Origin: an uncultured Rivularia sp.
GTDB lineage: Bacteria > Cyanobacteriota > Cyanobacteriia > Cyanobacteriales > Nostocaceae
Direction: 5' to 3'
Length of the DNA stretch: 64,000 nucleotides
Assembly (NCBI GenBank): GCA_963665115.1
Contig: OY762007.1
Span: forward strand, 2,976,001-3,040,000
Shown here: piece by piece, positions 1-9,928 of the stretch
Position numbering within the stretch: the stretch's first letter is position 1
Layout: each line of letters starts with the position of its first letter
The notes under the pieces: generated by a model
The model's database searches: none
Told to the model about the DNA's origin: nothing
Seen by the model: only the letters and a program-made list of their open reading frames with translations
Position numbers and translations under genes: made by a program

Positions 1-202
1 AAGAATCCATTTGTCTACATATCCGCGATACATATACTCAGTTATCAGCCAACAGTAACCAGTATTCGCACGTTTGCCCCCAAAGGTGTTCCCGTATGAT
101 AGGGTATGAATCGTCAGTTACAAATTTTTCATGTTTATTTAAGAGAGATTATTATCTTGACAAAAGTAAATAATTAAGTAAAAATTGAGAATTGTCAATA
201 AA

Positions 203-286
203 GCGGAACTGGCGGAATTGGTAGACGCGCTAGATTCAGGTTCTAGTGCCCCACAAGGCTTCCGGGTTCGAGTCCCGGGTTCCGCA
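203..286 (+). tRNA. trnL: tRNA-Leu (anticodon CAG)
   Basis: Acceptor stem GCGGAAC/GTTCCGC plus discriminator A; D-arm TGGCGGAATTGGTAGACGC; anticodon stem CTAGA/TCTAG with loop TTCAGGT; long variable arm; T-loop GTTCGAGTC. CCA is not encoded. Confidence 0.97.
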
Positions 287-399
287 TTGCTCTAAAGTGT
301 GGCTAGTTGGAAATCAAGTATTCTCCATTTAAACGAGTCTCGGACAGTTTTTATAACATCGGAAATCATAACAGAACGCAGCCGGGAAAATTTAAAATC

Positions 400-1200
400 G
401 TGCTGACTAGTTTACAAAATCCTTTGATAAAACAAATTCGCAAGCTCCACTCTAACAAAGAGAGGCACAAACAGGAATTGTTTTTATTGGAAGGAACGCA
501 TTTATTAGAAGAAGCTTGTGCTACGAATTATCCCTTGGATAGTTTATGTTGTACTTCGCAGTGGCAAGCAGGGCATGAAGAACTTTGGCAGCTAGCTGTG
601 TCCAAGTGCGATCGCGCTCTTGTTGTCAGTGAAGATGCGATCAAGGCGCTAGCTACGACGGTGCAACCAGATGGTGTAGTGGCGACGGCTAAGCGCGGGT
701 ATCATACTGCTGAATTACCGTTTAGCGGCTTGCAGATAGCTTTAGAAACCGTGCAAGATCCTGGCAATCTAGGAACTATAATCCGTACTGCTGCTGCTGC
801 CTCTGCATCGGGTTTGTGGTTGAGTAAAAATAGTGTAGATTTAGACAATCCGAAGGTTTTACGTGCCAGCGCTGGACAATGGTTTCGTTTACCGATGCAG
901 GTAAGTGAGGATTTACAAGCGACGGTAATCGAGGCAAAACAAGCGGGTATGCAAGTAATTGCAACTTTACCGGGTGCAAATCTGACTTATTGGCAGATAG
1001 ATTGGCGAAAACCAAGTTTAATTTTATTGGGTAATGAAGGCGCTGGTTTATCGACTGAGTTAGCACAAATGGCAGATATTAACGCAAAAATTCCGCTTCA
1101 ACCTGGGGTAGAGTCATTGAATGTAGCTATTACGGCCGCTTTGATACTATATGAAGCGCAACGTCAGAAAAGTCATAACAATTCAAAAGATGGTCATTGA
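400..1200 (+). CDS. TrmH/SpoU family RNA 2'-O-methyltransferase
   Basis: Motifs QDPGNLGTIIRTA, LLGNEGAGL and ESLNVA. The ORF is open from 307, but GTG at 400 (vLTSLQNP) matches the usual family start. Confidence 0.92.
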   Translation: MLTSLQNPLIKQIRKLHSNKERHKQELFLLEGTHLLEEACATNYPLDSLCCTSQWQAGHEELWQLAVSKCDRALVVSEDAIKALATTVQPDGVVATAKRGYHTAELPFSGLQIALETVQDPGNLGTIIRTAAAASASGLWLSKNSVDLDNPKVLRASAGQWFRLPMQVSEDLQATVIEAKQAGMQVIATLPGANLTYWQIDWRKPSLILLGNEGAGLSTELAQMADINAKIPLQPGVESLNVAITAALILYEAQRQKSHNNSKDGH

Positions 1201-1216
1201 TTGTAGCTTTTGTAAC

Positions 1217-1504
1217 TTAATTATCTTTATTTTTATTTTCAAAATATTGCTCAATATCCGCTACCGCATCTTCCCACTCAGCTAAGTCAAATTTCGGTGA
1301 TTCTTCTGCTGCTGCCTTTAGTTGCGTATTCGCAATTTCTAATTCTTTTTCTAGTTCTTTTAATTCTTTTTCTAATTCTTTTTCTAGTTCTTTTACAGGT
1401 TGTTCTTCAGTTTGATTTTTTTCTAACAGATTTTGCAATTGATCGAGGGATTTTTGAAAATCTTTTGCTGCACTGTTACGTTGTCCTTCTTCGTTATGCT
1501 CCAT
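1217..1504 (-). CDS. hypothetical coiled-coil protein with ELEK repeats
   Basis: 95-aa ORF ending in a cyanobacterial-type W.DA.ADIE motif; ELEK tandem repeat also visible in the DNA. Confidence 0.7.
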   Translation of the reverse strand: MEHNEEGQRNSAAKDFQKSLDQLQNLLEKNQTEEQPVKELEKELEKELKELEKELEIANTQLKAAAEESPKFDLAEWEDAVADIEQYFENKNKDN

Positions 1505-2341
1505 AATATCTCGTTTTGTTTTAATCCCTTGTATTTATAAAGCGTAATTATACCTCAAGTATAAAACTATAGTAGGCAGACACACTTATTATACACTGTT
1601 ATTTCGGTGGGTATTAATGCTTTCCGGACAAAGATTCAAATAATCAGCTCTACTTTTTCAAAAAACCGGCTTTCTCAATATCTTGAATTTTTACTATCAA
1701 TAAAAGAGATAGATAGTTGTAATTTTAAAAATCAAAAGGCTTAATTGCCTCCATCAGCTAAGGTAATAGTGAAACTTTGTTGTTTACCCGTAGCGACTGA
1801 AGCAGGTTAATAAATTGCGTGATAAAGGATAATCGCAGACATCATCATTCACCGGATTTGCTACGGGATAGATTGGATTCCAGATGATTTCGGCGTAATA
1901 GTCAGCTAAACCGACATGAAGGCAAGATATGTGTGAATTAATACAGTAATCTTTCACGGTTTGGCGACTGGCACTATTATCAAAGGTATGAATAACAAGA
2001 GCGCTATCTGTTAATAACTGTTACTAAATAATAAAGCTTCCTTGATATAAGAGCGTGAATTACATAATTTATCTGGGTATTTACTGATGAACTTTCTAGA
2101 TTGGAGCTTGCTTGAATATACTTTTTAGAGAGAATTAAGTAAAAACATTGACCTTAAAACAAATTCGAGGTGTATTATAAGTAGTTTTTAAGCAGTTTTT
2201 TCGATGCTTGACAAGACGTATTACCACTGAAGCTAATTGTATTTTTTAACGCCTATAACTTGAGTATAGCGCTGTTACCCAAATCGTAATTGATTCAGTA
2301 ATAACGCTTCGATTTTATTTTTTTGTGAAGGGAGACTAATA

Positions 2342-2860
2342 ATGAATCGTTTTGCTTTGAAATCTTCTAAATGGATTTTGTCTGCTGCTTTAGTTTGCTC
2401 GATTGTAGGTGTAGCGAGTTCCGCTCAAGCTCTGGTATTAAAAAGAGGTTCCAGAGGTACTAACGTAGTGGTTGTGCAAAATACTCTGAAATCACAAGGT
2501 TTCATGTCCAGCAACGTTAACTCTACCGGATATTACGGTACTATTACTCGAAGTGCTGTAATGAATTTTCAACGCGCTCGTGGTTTACGAATAGATGGTG
2601 TAGTTGGGCCTCGAACTCTGAGTGCTATGGGATTATCAGGTACGGGTGGTTCTTACGATTCTACTCCTACTATGACTAATGGAGTTGTAAGAGTTGGTAG
2701 TTATCTGAATGTACGTTCTGGCCCTAGCACTGGTTACGGAGTTAGAAGTACATTAGCTTCTGGACAAGGAGTTAATCTCTACGAGCAGAGAGGCAATTGG
2801 TACAGAATTTCCAGTGGAAATGATTGGGTACACTCTGCATATATTCAAATAACAAATTAA
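2342..2860 (+). CDS. secreted peptidoglycan-binding (PG_binding_1) plus bacterial SH3 domain protein
   Basis: Signal peptide ending AQA; LKRGSRG...DGVVGPRT PG-binding motif; LNVRSGPST...WYRI...WV SH3b motif; GGGAG RBS upstream. Confidence 0.88.
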   Translation: MNRFALKSSKWILSAALVCSIVGVASSAQALVLKRGSRGTNVVVVQNTLKSQGFMSSNVNSTGYYGTITRSAVMNFQRARGLRIDGVVGPRTLSAMGLSGTGGSYDSTPTMTNGVVRVGSYLNVRSGPSTGYGVRSTLASGQGVNLYEQRGNWYRISSGNDWVHSAYIQITN

Positions 2861-2934
2861 AAATAAAACTTTTCAAATTCTGCATATAAATTTGTTATCT
2901 TTTTGAAAAATCAATTTAAGGGATTTTTACTATT

Positions 2935-2960
2935 AGCCTGGGGTTTTGACTCCAGGTTTT
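2935..2960 (+). terminator. intrinsic terminator
   Basis: AGCCTGGGG...CTCCAGGTT hairpin followed by a T run, downstream of the PG-binding gene. Confidence 0.65.
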
Positions 2961-3739
2961 ATAGTGTTGGTGAGATTAGGGAATGGGTAATTGGTAATTG
3001 GTAATTGGTAATTATTAACCTCCTTGTAGGAGGGTAGATTTTATACAAATTCAAGGGGAGCATCCCAATTTTTGAAAAATAATCGTAGTGCGTTAGCGTA
3101 GCGTGTCCGCCAGGACAAGCATCTTGCTCGCTATATGTATCAACCGCCTGCGCGGGTTGTTTAAAATATCTGTCATTCGATTTTGGATTTTATATTTACT
3201 CTAACAGGATTGTCCTTTTTTTTGAAAAAAGAGACAAAGATTGGTATTAAATAATTAAATTAGTTAAATGAATATAGATATATTTTGAACGAATAAGATG
3301 TCTGTTACACAAGAGTTTTTCGTATAATTATAATTAATTTAAATCTATATCTGTTTAATGATAAATACGTATTTTTTTATTCTCAGCAGTAGCTTTTAGT
3401 TTATATTTCTTAACTGAATATCAGCATTAAGATTTCTTGCGAAACAGGGCAATTAAAGAGTGCTAATGATTACCTGTGGGAAAATACAAGTAGATGATTA
3501 AAAAACTTTTTTCTAGGAACATTTTTGTTCGGTGCTTGTAACAGCGGGTGCTGTATATCGATTCGCTTTTAAAGCGTATAAGGCAATCTGATGTCTAGTT
3601 TGGATAAATTATCGTAGTTACGATATCTCTCGAAAGCTGTTTTTAAAGCATTCGGATGGAAGAATTTGCAATATTCTAAATATGGTAACTATGAGAGTTT
3701 AAAGGAACTAGATATAACTAAAAATCGGAGGATATAAAA

Positions 3740-3877
3740 ATGGCAATTCGCAATGATTTAAAAAACGGTTTGTGGCGAAAATTGCAAAATGATTCTGTTA
3801 GTTGGGGAATGTTAGCGCTTTGGATATGTAGTTTAGTCGTATTGTTAACGATGATGACTATGTACTCTGGCACTTAA
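3740..3877 (+). CDS. small 45-aa predicted membrane protein (below ORF-track cutoff)
   Basis: MAIRNDLKNGLWRKLQNDSVSWGMLALWICSLVVLLTMMTMYSGT, with a GGAGG Shine-Dalgarno upstream and a hydrophobic C-terminal helix. Confidence 0.55.
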   Translation: MAIRNDLKNGLWRKLQNDSVSWGMLALWICSLVVLLTMMTMYSGT

Positions 3878-3886
3878 CATAATTCA

Positions 3887-3913
3887 AGAGACGTAGCACT
3901 GCTACGTCTCTAC
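3887..3913. repeat. REP/SDR-like palindrome AGAGACGTAGCA-c-TGCTACGTCTCTAC
   Basis: Perfect inverted repeat; related copies at 8836-8864 and 39555-39662. Confidence 0.85.
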
Positions 3914-3918
3914 GTTTA

Positions 3919-4695
3919 TCAAGCAATTACTAATACGTCGGCTTCTTTTTCCGATGATTTATCATCTTCCGCCAAAGAAGGTGTATTATCTGTACCCTGC
4001 AACTTGTTCGTGACATATGTTGTTATGGCATTCACTTTGCGCGATCGCCATTCATCAACAAGTTGCTGCACTTGAGTTGCACTCATTCGTCGGTGCATTG
4101 CTTCATACAGATATGCTGCATGAGTTGTTTCGTCTTCAGCAATGTTGAGCATTCCTAATTTAAGGTTACGGGCTTTGGCATCATTTTCTGGCAAAGCTTT
4201 CGCCATGCGAGCAAAATCTTTACTTGCATCCAACTCTAATATGTAAGTGCTAGCCATAAATACATTCCAGTCAATGCACTCTGCTTTTAACTGTTCCCCT
4301 TCGTAGCCTTCATAATAGGTGCTAAAAAAGGAACTACCACGTTGTTTTGATTTCTTTTCACCCGTATTGCTTTCGCTCTTATTTTCGCTTTTATCCGATG
4401 ACTGAGTTTTGAAGTCTCGAACTTTTTTATCAAGCTGCTTGAGTGCGTGAGCAAAAATTTGCCCGTGTCTCTTCTCGTCTTCTGCGTGCTTGGCTAATTT
4501 TTCTGCAAGCCACGTATCACCTTCTTGAGCAGCACGTTGACTAAGATTAGTTAAAAAAGGAACCGAGCCAGATTCGGCTAATTGAAATCCTGCTAAAAGA
4601 TTTGGACGGGTTTTAATATCGCGGATTTGCAGAGCGCTAAAATAAGCACTTGCACCAGAACCCGCTAAATGCATGATATAGGTAAGAAGATTCAT
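3919..4695 (-). CDS. ferritin-like domain protein
   Basis: Two DExxH motifs (EDEKRH, EDETTH) plus additional Glu ligands, consistent with a di-iron four-helix bundle. Confidence 0.8.
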   Translation of the reverse strand: MNLLTYIMHLAGSGASAYFSALQIRDIKTRPNLLAGFQLAESGSVPFLTNLSQRAAQEGDTWLAEKLAKHAEDEKRHGQIFAHALKQLDKKVRDFKTQSSDKSENKSESNTGEKKSKQRGSSFFSTYYEGYEGEQLKAECIDWNVFMASTYILELDASKDFARMAKALPENDAKARNLKLGMLNIAEDETTHAAYLYEAMHRRMSATQVQQLVDEWRSRKVNAITTYVTNKLQGTDNTPSLAEDDKSSEKEADVLVIA

Positions 4696-4720
4696 AATTT
4701 GTTGTTAGTTGTTAGTTGTG

Positions 4721-4830
4721 AGGCAGTGCGTTGTGCGGGTTCCCAAGCTACTTGCGTGCGGAGGTTCCCTCCGTTGAGCAAAGTAGCGCCGCATTGTAGC
4801 AACTGCCGTTAGCGGAGCGTCTCCCGGAGG
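4721..4830. repeat. nested small dispersed repeats
   Basis: GGCAGTGCGTTG...TAGCAACTGCC element interrupted by a related GCTACTTGC...GCAAAGTAGC element, followed by a third short element. Confidence 0.7.
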
Positions 4831-4847
4831 GTTAGTTGTTAGGTTCA

Positions 4848-5195
4848 TCAATTATCGGCATTTTCTAATTGAGAAACTCGCTTTTGCAATTCCTTGATAT
4901 CCTGTTTTGATTCAATTACCAAAGTCGCGAGTCTATCAAACATTTTGTCACGTTCTCTTTGCGATAATCTTCTTGGACGCTGGGATGGTGGAGAGTTGTT
5001 TGGTATCTTTGGTTGGGAAGCACCTACTCGATTCAACTGTGTTTCTATACGGTTTACTTGGGATTCTAAACGATAAAAATCAGATTCTAAATTATTAAGA
5101 CGAGATTCTAACAAGCTAGAATAAGCCGCATCAGAAAGCAAACCACCCCAGATAAGAATGAGTAAAAGTATTGTGAGTAATAACTTTTTAAACAT
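4848..5195 (-). CDS. hypothetical exported coiled-coil protein
   Basis: N-terminal signal or TM segment; C-terminal D.MFDRLATLVIE.K motif of a cyanobacterial family. Confidence 0.75.
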   Translation of the reverse strand: MFKKLLLTILLLILIWGGLLSDAAYSSLLESRLNNLESDFYRLESQVNRIETQLNRVGASQPKIPNNSPPSQRPRRLSQRERDKMFDRLATLVIESKQDIKELQKRVSQLENADN

Positions 5196-5306
5196 GGAAA
5201 TTGGGGATGGGGAGAAGTTAAGAGCTAGGAGTTAGGAGGTAAGAGTTAGGAGTTATTAAGTTTGAACCTTTACCTTTGAGCTTGATAATTGATAATTGAT
5301 AACTGT

Positions 5307-6770
5307 TCACCGATCGCTACTCACTGTTTTAAAAAGTTTTTCCCAATCTATATAATTAGCGTTATTTTCTCCTTCTTTAACTTCAAAGGTGACATTACAA
5401 GCTAATGGTTGCTGTAGGGATTGTACGCAAAGTTTTGCAATGTCTTCGCGGCTAATTTTTCCTCTAATGTTATCACCTTGCTCAAGAATTAATTCTTTAC
5501 CGCCTGCTTCTTCTGTTAAAGCACATGGTCTAATTATAGTGTAAGTAATTCCACTTTGTGTTAAACTATCTTCTCCTTTTAATTTCCAGGTGAGAATGCC
5601 TCCAAGTTGATCGTTTAATATGACTGCTGGTGGTTCTTCTTCTAAGTTTATACCAGGTCTTCCCGGACGAGTTACTCCTGCCGAACTAACTAAAACAAAT
5701 TGAGGTAAGTTTCTTCCTCCGTAAGCTTTGATTGTTTCGACTTCTAAGCTAAAGCCACCTGCTGAAAAGTTCGGATTTAATCCTCCGTCGTATTCAAATT
5801 TGCTCAACATTAATTGAAAAGAACAAATTTTGTTAGATTCAATTCTTGGAGCATCATTTACAGTTTTGGCACGAAAAACTGGTATTAATTCTGCAAACGG
5901 AACCTTTACATTTATCCAAGTATCTGCTTCGGTATCAAAGGAATAACAATAGCCGACACCATCCCAATTTGTTTCTGTACGCAAGATGAATTTATAGCGT
6001 TTTCCGTCACCCTTAACGCGAATTTCAACGCCTTCGTAACCAGACAAGTTAAAGGAAGGATCGAAGTTTTTAGTTCTAACAGAAGCGAATCCACCGGAGT
6101 TTTCAGTAGAAACGTTTCCGGAAAATAAAGCTGTACCCGAAGATAATTTGATATTACTTTGACTGACACCACCCATAACTACATCATCTACCGCACCCCA
6201 TACGTTTTTTACATCTACGGATGGATTATTAAAGTCAAATAGTATTTTTTCGTTTGATGCGGGTAAGTGTTTTTTAGCTGCTTCTACTAAGTTTTTTACT
6301 CCTTTATATTCTACATTTTCTGGAGTATCGCCAACAACTTCGGGCATATAAAATTTAACCCCTTGATTGTATTTTGCTCTATCGGGAGTATCTCCTTCAA
6401 CTGGCTGTACTCGCACCGCAGTACAGCAAATAACAGCTTGAATGTTCGCCATCAATAGGGAATTTAAAGTTTCTGGTTTGGTAATATCTGCAACTATTAA
6501 ATCTGCTTTATCGTCAAGAATCGATCTAGCTTTATCGATATCGCGCACCAAACATCTAACTTTATAGCCCTTATCAATAAGTCGTTGTACCACTCGTTTC
6601 CCAACACCACCCGTTGCACCTGCGACTAATACTATACCCACTGTTTTTGCTCCAATTAATTTATCTGGATTATCCTTTAAGTCATCTTTGAAAAAATCCT
6701 GTACCCAGTTAAGTAATGGGATTACTTCAAAGAAGGTAAGAGTTTTTACTAATCTATTTAAATCCCACAT
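5307..6770 (-). CDS. CIA30-family / NAD(P)H-binding (NmrA-like) protein
   Basis: VAGATGGVG Rossmann motif split by a CIA30 domain (WGAVDDVVMGGVS, NSGGFASVR). Confidence 0.92.
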   Translation of the reverse strand: MWDLNRLVKTLTFFEVIPLLNWVQDFFKDDLKDNPDKLIGAKTVGIVLVAGATGGVGKRVVQRLIDKGYKVRCLVRDIDKARSILDDKADLIVADITKPETLNSLLMANIQAVICCTAVRVQPVEGDTPDRAKYNQGVKFYMPEVVGDTPENVEYKGVKNLVEAAKKHLPASNEKILFDFNNPSVDVKNVWGAVDDVVMGGVSQSNIKLSSGTALFSGNVSTENSGGFASVRTKNFDPSFNLSGYEGVEIRVKGDGKRYKFILRTETNWDGVGYCYSFDTEADTWINVKVPFAELIPVFRAKTVNDAPRIESNKICSFQLMLSKFEYDGGLNPNFSAGGFSLEVETIKAYGGRNLPQFVLVSSAGVTRPGRPGINLEEEPPAVILNDQLGGILTWKLKGEDSLTQSGITYTIIRPCALTEEAGGKELILEQGDNIRGKISREDIAKLCVQSLQQPLACNVTFEVKEGENNANYIDWEKLFKTVSSDR

Positions 6771-7074
6771 TTTTTAGTTATCAGTAAACAGTTATCAGTT
6801 AAAAATATTTTACTTAATGACTATCGTTTTTATATAATTAAAAAATCATTTACCTCAACAATCTAAAATATAAAATAAATATACAAGACTCACGCCCAGT
6901 AGAATAATCCGGCATTGCAGTCTTAAATAAAAACAATCCTCCCGCACCAATGAAGGGTATGTATCTAACTACAGATAGAGTTTTGTCAAGTAAAGCTGGT
7001 GGTGTTGACGAAATTTGTCCAACGGCTTTGTTATTACTTAATGATATAACTGTTTGCATCGGCTGCAAATTCTG

Positions 7075-7302
7075 TTACACAGGCGAAACTGACTCGTAGC
7101 GATCGCGTACCATTTTCTGCAAAATTGCTGCGAGTGCAGGAGATATTTGGGCTTGATATTGCCAAATAATTTCACCAGTTTGCCCATCTTCGGGAAACTG
7201 ACTTGGTAATAAGCCAGTTGATGCCTGAATCCTGGGTATTTGTTCGTGATTTCCTAATTGTTCGAGAATTTCGGCTTCGCTGTGAAATAAACGTCTCGCG
7301 GT
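7075..7302 (-). pseudogene. internally deleted Ser/Thr protein kinase remnant
   Basis: The frame reads ARRLFHSEAEILEQLGNHEQIPR joined directly to IQASTGLLPSQFPEDGQTGEIIWQ...AAILQKMVRDRY. These are N-lobe and C-lobe pieces of a cyanobacterial Pkn2-type kinase with the catalytic core missing and no start codon. Confidence 0.75.
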
Positions 7303-7430
7303 TCAAGGTAAATAGAAGTATTTTTTTTATTAATAGTTGTTCAGTACATTTTATGCATAAGTAGGTTGGCACTAATAAATCTAGCTATGTGTTTGAATAA
7401 AATTAAATTACATCCAATTTATTAATTTTA

Positions 7431-8099
7431 TTAATCTTTAGGAGTTTTAGCTGTAATTCCTTTTTCATATTTGAACGTGTATACTCCGGGAGAACGCAGC
7501 ACCTTAAACCATAAACCGGATTTAGAACCCAGAGATAAAGCTTTGGTAACGCTTACCCTAGCAGTATCGCGTTGCTTTTTTGTCAAAGTTTCGGCATATA
7601 AATCGCTAACAATATCATGAATATGAAAATGAAAATTAGGTTTGCGGCGCATTAAGATCAGAATAGCATTTCTGATTGAATATCCTTGGTATTGAACTGA
7701 CATTTGCAAGAGTTTGGATTGCCTTCCTTTTGTTTTCGGGATATCGGAAATATCAATTTCTTCTTGCTGCGGTTGTGAATCGTTGTAATTATCAACTCCA
7801 TCGAACTTTTCTTCATCTAAATCAACATCTGAGTTAGGTTTATCCTCAATCTTTTCATCAACAGATAAGATATTAATATCTCGTCTATCTTCTTCTAAAT
7901 ATGCCAGGGTTCGAGATTGAGGAAACTGTTGATAAAAATTATGATGTTGTTTTTCTTCAATGTAACCCGATATTAAGTTATCTATAGCAGTAACTTGAGT
8001 GCGAATAGATTCTAAACGACGTTCCAAACGTGCAGCTTCTAATATATAGCGTTCTCTTTCGGCTTCGAGCAAATTCAACATTTCGTGAAATTCAGTCAT
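7431..8099 (-). CDS. hypothetical protein (N-terminal coiled coil, possible C-terminal DNA-binding domain)
   Basis: 222-aa ORF; heptad N-terminus, acidic linker, basic winged-helix-like C-terminus. Confidence 0.65.
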   Translation of the reverse strand: MTEFHEMLNLLEAERERYILEAARLERRLESIRTQVTAIDNLISGYIEEKQHHNFYQQFPQSRTLAYLEEDRRDINILSVDEKIEDKPNSDVDLDEEKFDGVDNYNDSQPQQEEIDISDIPKTKGRQSKLLQMSVQYQGYSIRNAILILMRRKPNFHFHIHDIVSDLYAETLTKKQRDTARVSVTKALSLGSKSGLWFKVLRSPGVYTFKYEKGITAKTPKD

Positions 8100-8292
8100 A
8101 ATAATTTGGAGTATTGGTTATAGAATGAAGCTATATATTCAAAAGTACAATTATACATAGATTTATAAAACAGGCATACAATAAAGTTTTTACCATCGAA
8201 ATTTTCCAAGTTATTCTTAATTTTTAGGCAACTCGGTCACTACCTGGATACCTCAGATTAAAACTATTCTTAGAGCATAGCAAGTTTGGATT

Positions 8293-8784
8293 ATGAATCA
8301 ATTAGAAAAAGCTACGGTAGAATATCAGAAATTCACCCAAGAATTCCAAAGTATCATTATCAGCACCGTAAATGAAGAGGGAATGCCCAATGGGAGTTAC
8401 ACTCCCTTCATAATGGACGAATCTAAAAATATTTATATCTATGTCAGCGGGCTTTCAACACACACGCAAAATCTAAACATCAACCCCCGCGCAAGTGTTT
8501 TGTTGATTGAAGATGAAGCTCAAACCCCACAAATATTTGCCCGTCGCAGATTAAATTATGATTGTACGGCAACTTTGATAGAGCGCGAAACCGATCTATG
8601 GAAAAATATTGTAGATAAATTTGCAGTCCGTTTCGGCGAAATAATTGAAATGTTGCGCGGTTTAGCTGATTTTCGTATTTTTAAACTGACTCCCTACAGC
8701 GGTCGTTTTGTAATTGGATTCGGGCAAGCATATCATATTAGCGGCGACAATCTAGACAAACTCGTGCATATCGGTAAACAGTGA
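8293..8784 (+). CDS. HugZ/HutZ-like pyridoxamine 5'-phosphate oxidase family protein
   Basis: SYTPF, VSGLSTHTQNL, FARRRL and GRFVIGFGQAY motifs. Confidence 0.88.
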   Translation: MNQLEKATVEYQKFTQEFQSIIISTVNEEGMPNGSYTPFIMDESKNIYIYVSGLSTHTQNLNINPRASVLLIEDEAQTPQIFARRRLNYDCTATLIERETDLWKNIVDKFAVRFGEIIEMLRGLADFRIFKLTPYSGRFVIGFGQAYHISGDNLDKLVHIGKQ

Positions 8785-8835
8785 ACAGTTATCAATTATC
8801 AATTATCAATTATCAAAGGTTTAAAACTCCTAACT

Positions 8836-8864
8836 GTACAGACGTAGCAGTGCTACGTCTCTAC
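8836..8864. repeat. REP/SDR-like palindrome
   Basis: GTACAGACGTAGCAGTGCTACGTCTCTAC; same family as 3887. Confidence 0.85.
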
Positions 8865-8896
8865 ACTCCTAACTCCTAACTTCTCCTTGTCTCCTC

Positions 8897-9788
8897 ATGC
8901 TTCAATTTCAACCTCCCGGCTTTGGGCATAAAATTATTCAAACATCCCTTGGAGCAATGGTTTACTATACCCAAACTGCTGCACCTTGGGATATTGCTGA
9001 AACTAAGAAGTTACCACAAGTAGTTTTTCTACATAACTTTGGTGGTGGTGCTTCTGCTTATGAATTCTCGAAGGTGTATTCTGCTTTCGCTGCAACTCAC
9101 TGCATTTTTGCCCCAGATTTAATTGGTTGGGGTGAATCTTTTCATCCGGTGCGGGATTATCAAGTGAACGATTACATCACCACTATTGCAGAATTTATTA
9201 AACAAACTTGTCGAGAGCCTGTAACGGTTGTAGCGTCTTCTCTTACTGCTGCTTTGACTATTCGCTTAGCTATTCAACAACCTGACTTATTTAAATCATT
9301 ATTTCTTTCTTGTCCCTTCTGGATTTGATGATTTTGGACAAGGTAGCGGACGTAGACTTCCTTTAGAGGTTATAAATACGCCGTTATTAGATAATTTAAT
9401 TTATAAATTGGGTGCGGAAAATGAAATTGCAGTCAGAAATTTTTTACAGAATTTTCTGTTTGCAAAACCTACACGAATATCGGAAGAAATTGTACAAGCT
9501 TATTTAGCTTCCGCTCAGCAACCCAACGCTATATTTGCAGCTTTAGCATTTTTACGCGGCGATTTGTATTTCGATCTTAGTCTATATATTAAACAACTTA
9601 CAGTACCTACAGCCATACTGTGGGGTGAAAAAGCACAATTCATTAACGTTAAGTTAGGAAAACGTTTGGCAGATTTGAATCAAAATGCAATTCGTCATTT
9701 TCATATCATCCCCGATACAGGTGTCTTACCACATCTCGAAACACCTGAAATTGCGATCGCGTTGTTACAGCGGCATTTAGCTGTTTAA
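8897..9788 (+). CDS. alpha/beta fold hydrolase, frameshifted at about 9315
   Basis: The two ORFs join if one C is removed from CCC at 9314-9316 (CPSGFDDFG). Motifs APDLIGWG, VVASSL and LPHLE. Confidence 0.85.
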
Positions 9789-9871
9789 GGAATTGGAAAT
9801 AATTATAGTTATTTACGAAAACTGCTAACTGATAACTGTTCGCTGATAATTGTTGAAATATTGTCCAGATT

Positions 9872-9880
9872 GGGAATAAT
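9872..9880 (+). promoter_or_regulatory. J-box-like motif GGGAATAAT
   Basis: One mismatch to GGGAATACT; 48 nt upstream of the kinase ATG. Confidence 0.55.
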
Positions 9881-9928
9881 AGAAGATAAGACTAGAGAAG
9901 CAGCAAGTATCAAGCTGATTCGGAATAG

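Noticed and set aside
85..93. Minus-strand GGGAACACC as a ninth J-box
   Set aside because: Lacks the final T, and the downstream gene lies outside the window.
203..286. tRNA-Leu as integration site of an island
   Set aside because: I saw no integrase and no duplicated tRNA 3' end; the downstream neighbour is a housekeeping gene.
1880..1925. c-di-AMP (ydaO) riboswitch suggested by GTCAGCTAA upstream of a cell-wall gene
   Set aside because: The other conserved blocks (GCTGAATCC, GGGGGACCC, CCGAACCC) are absent.
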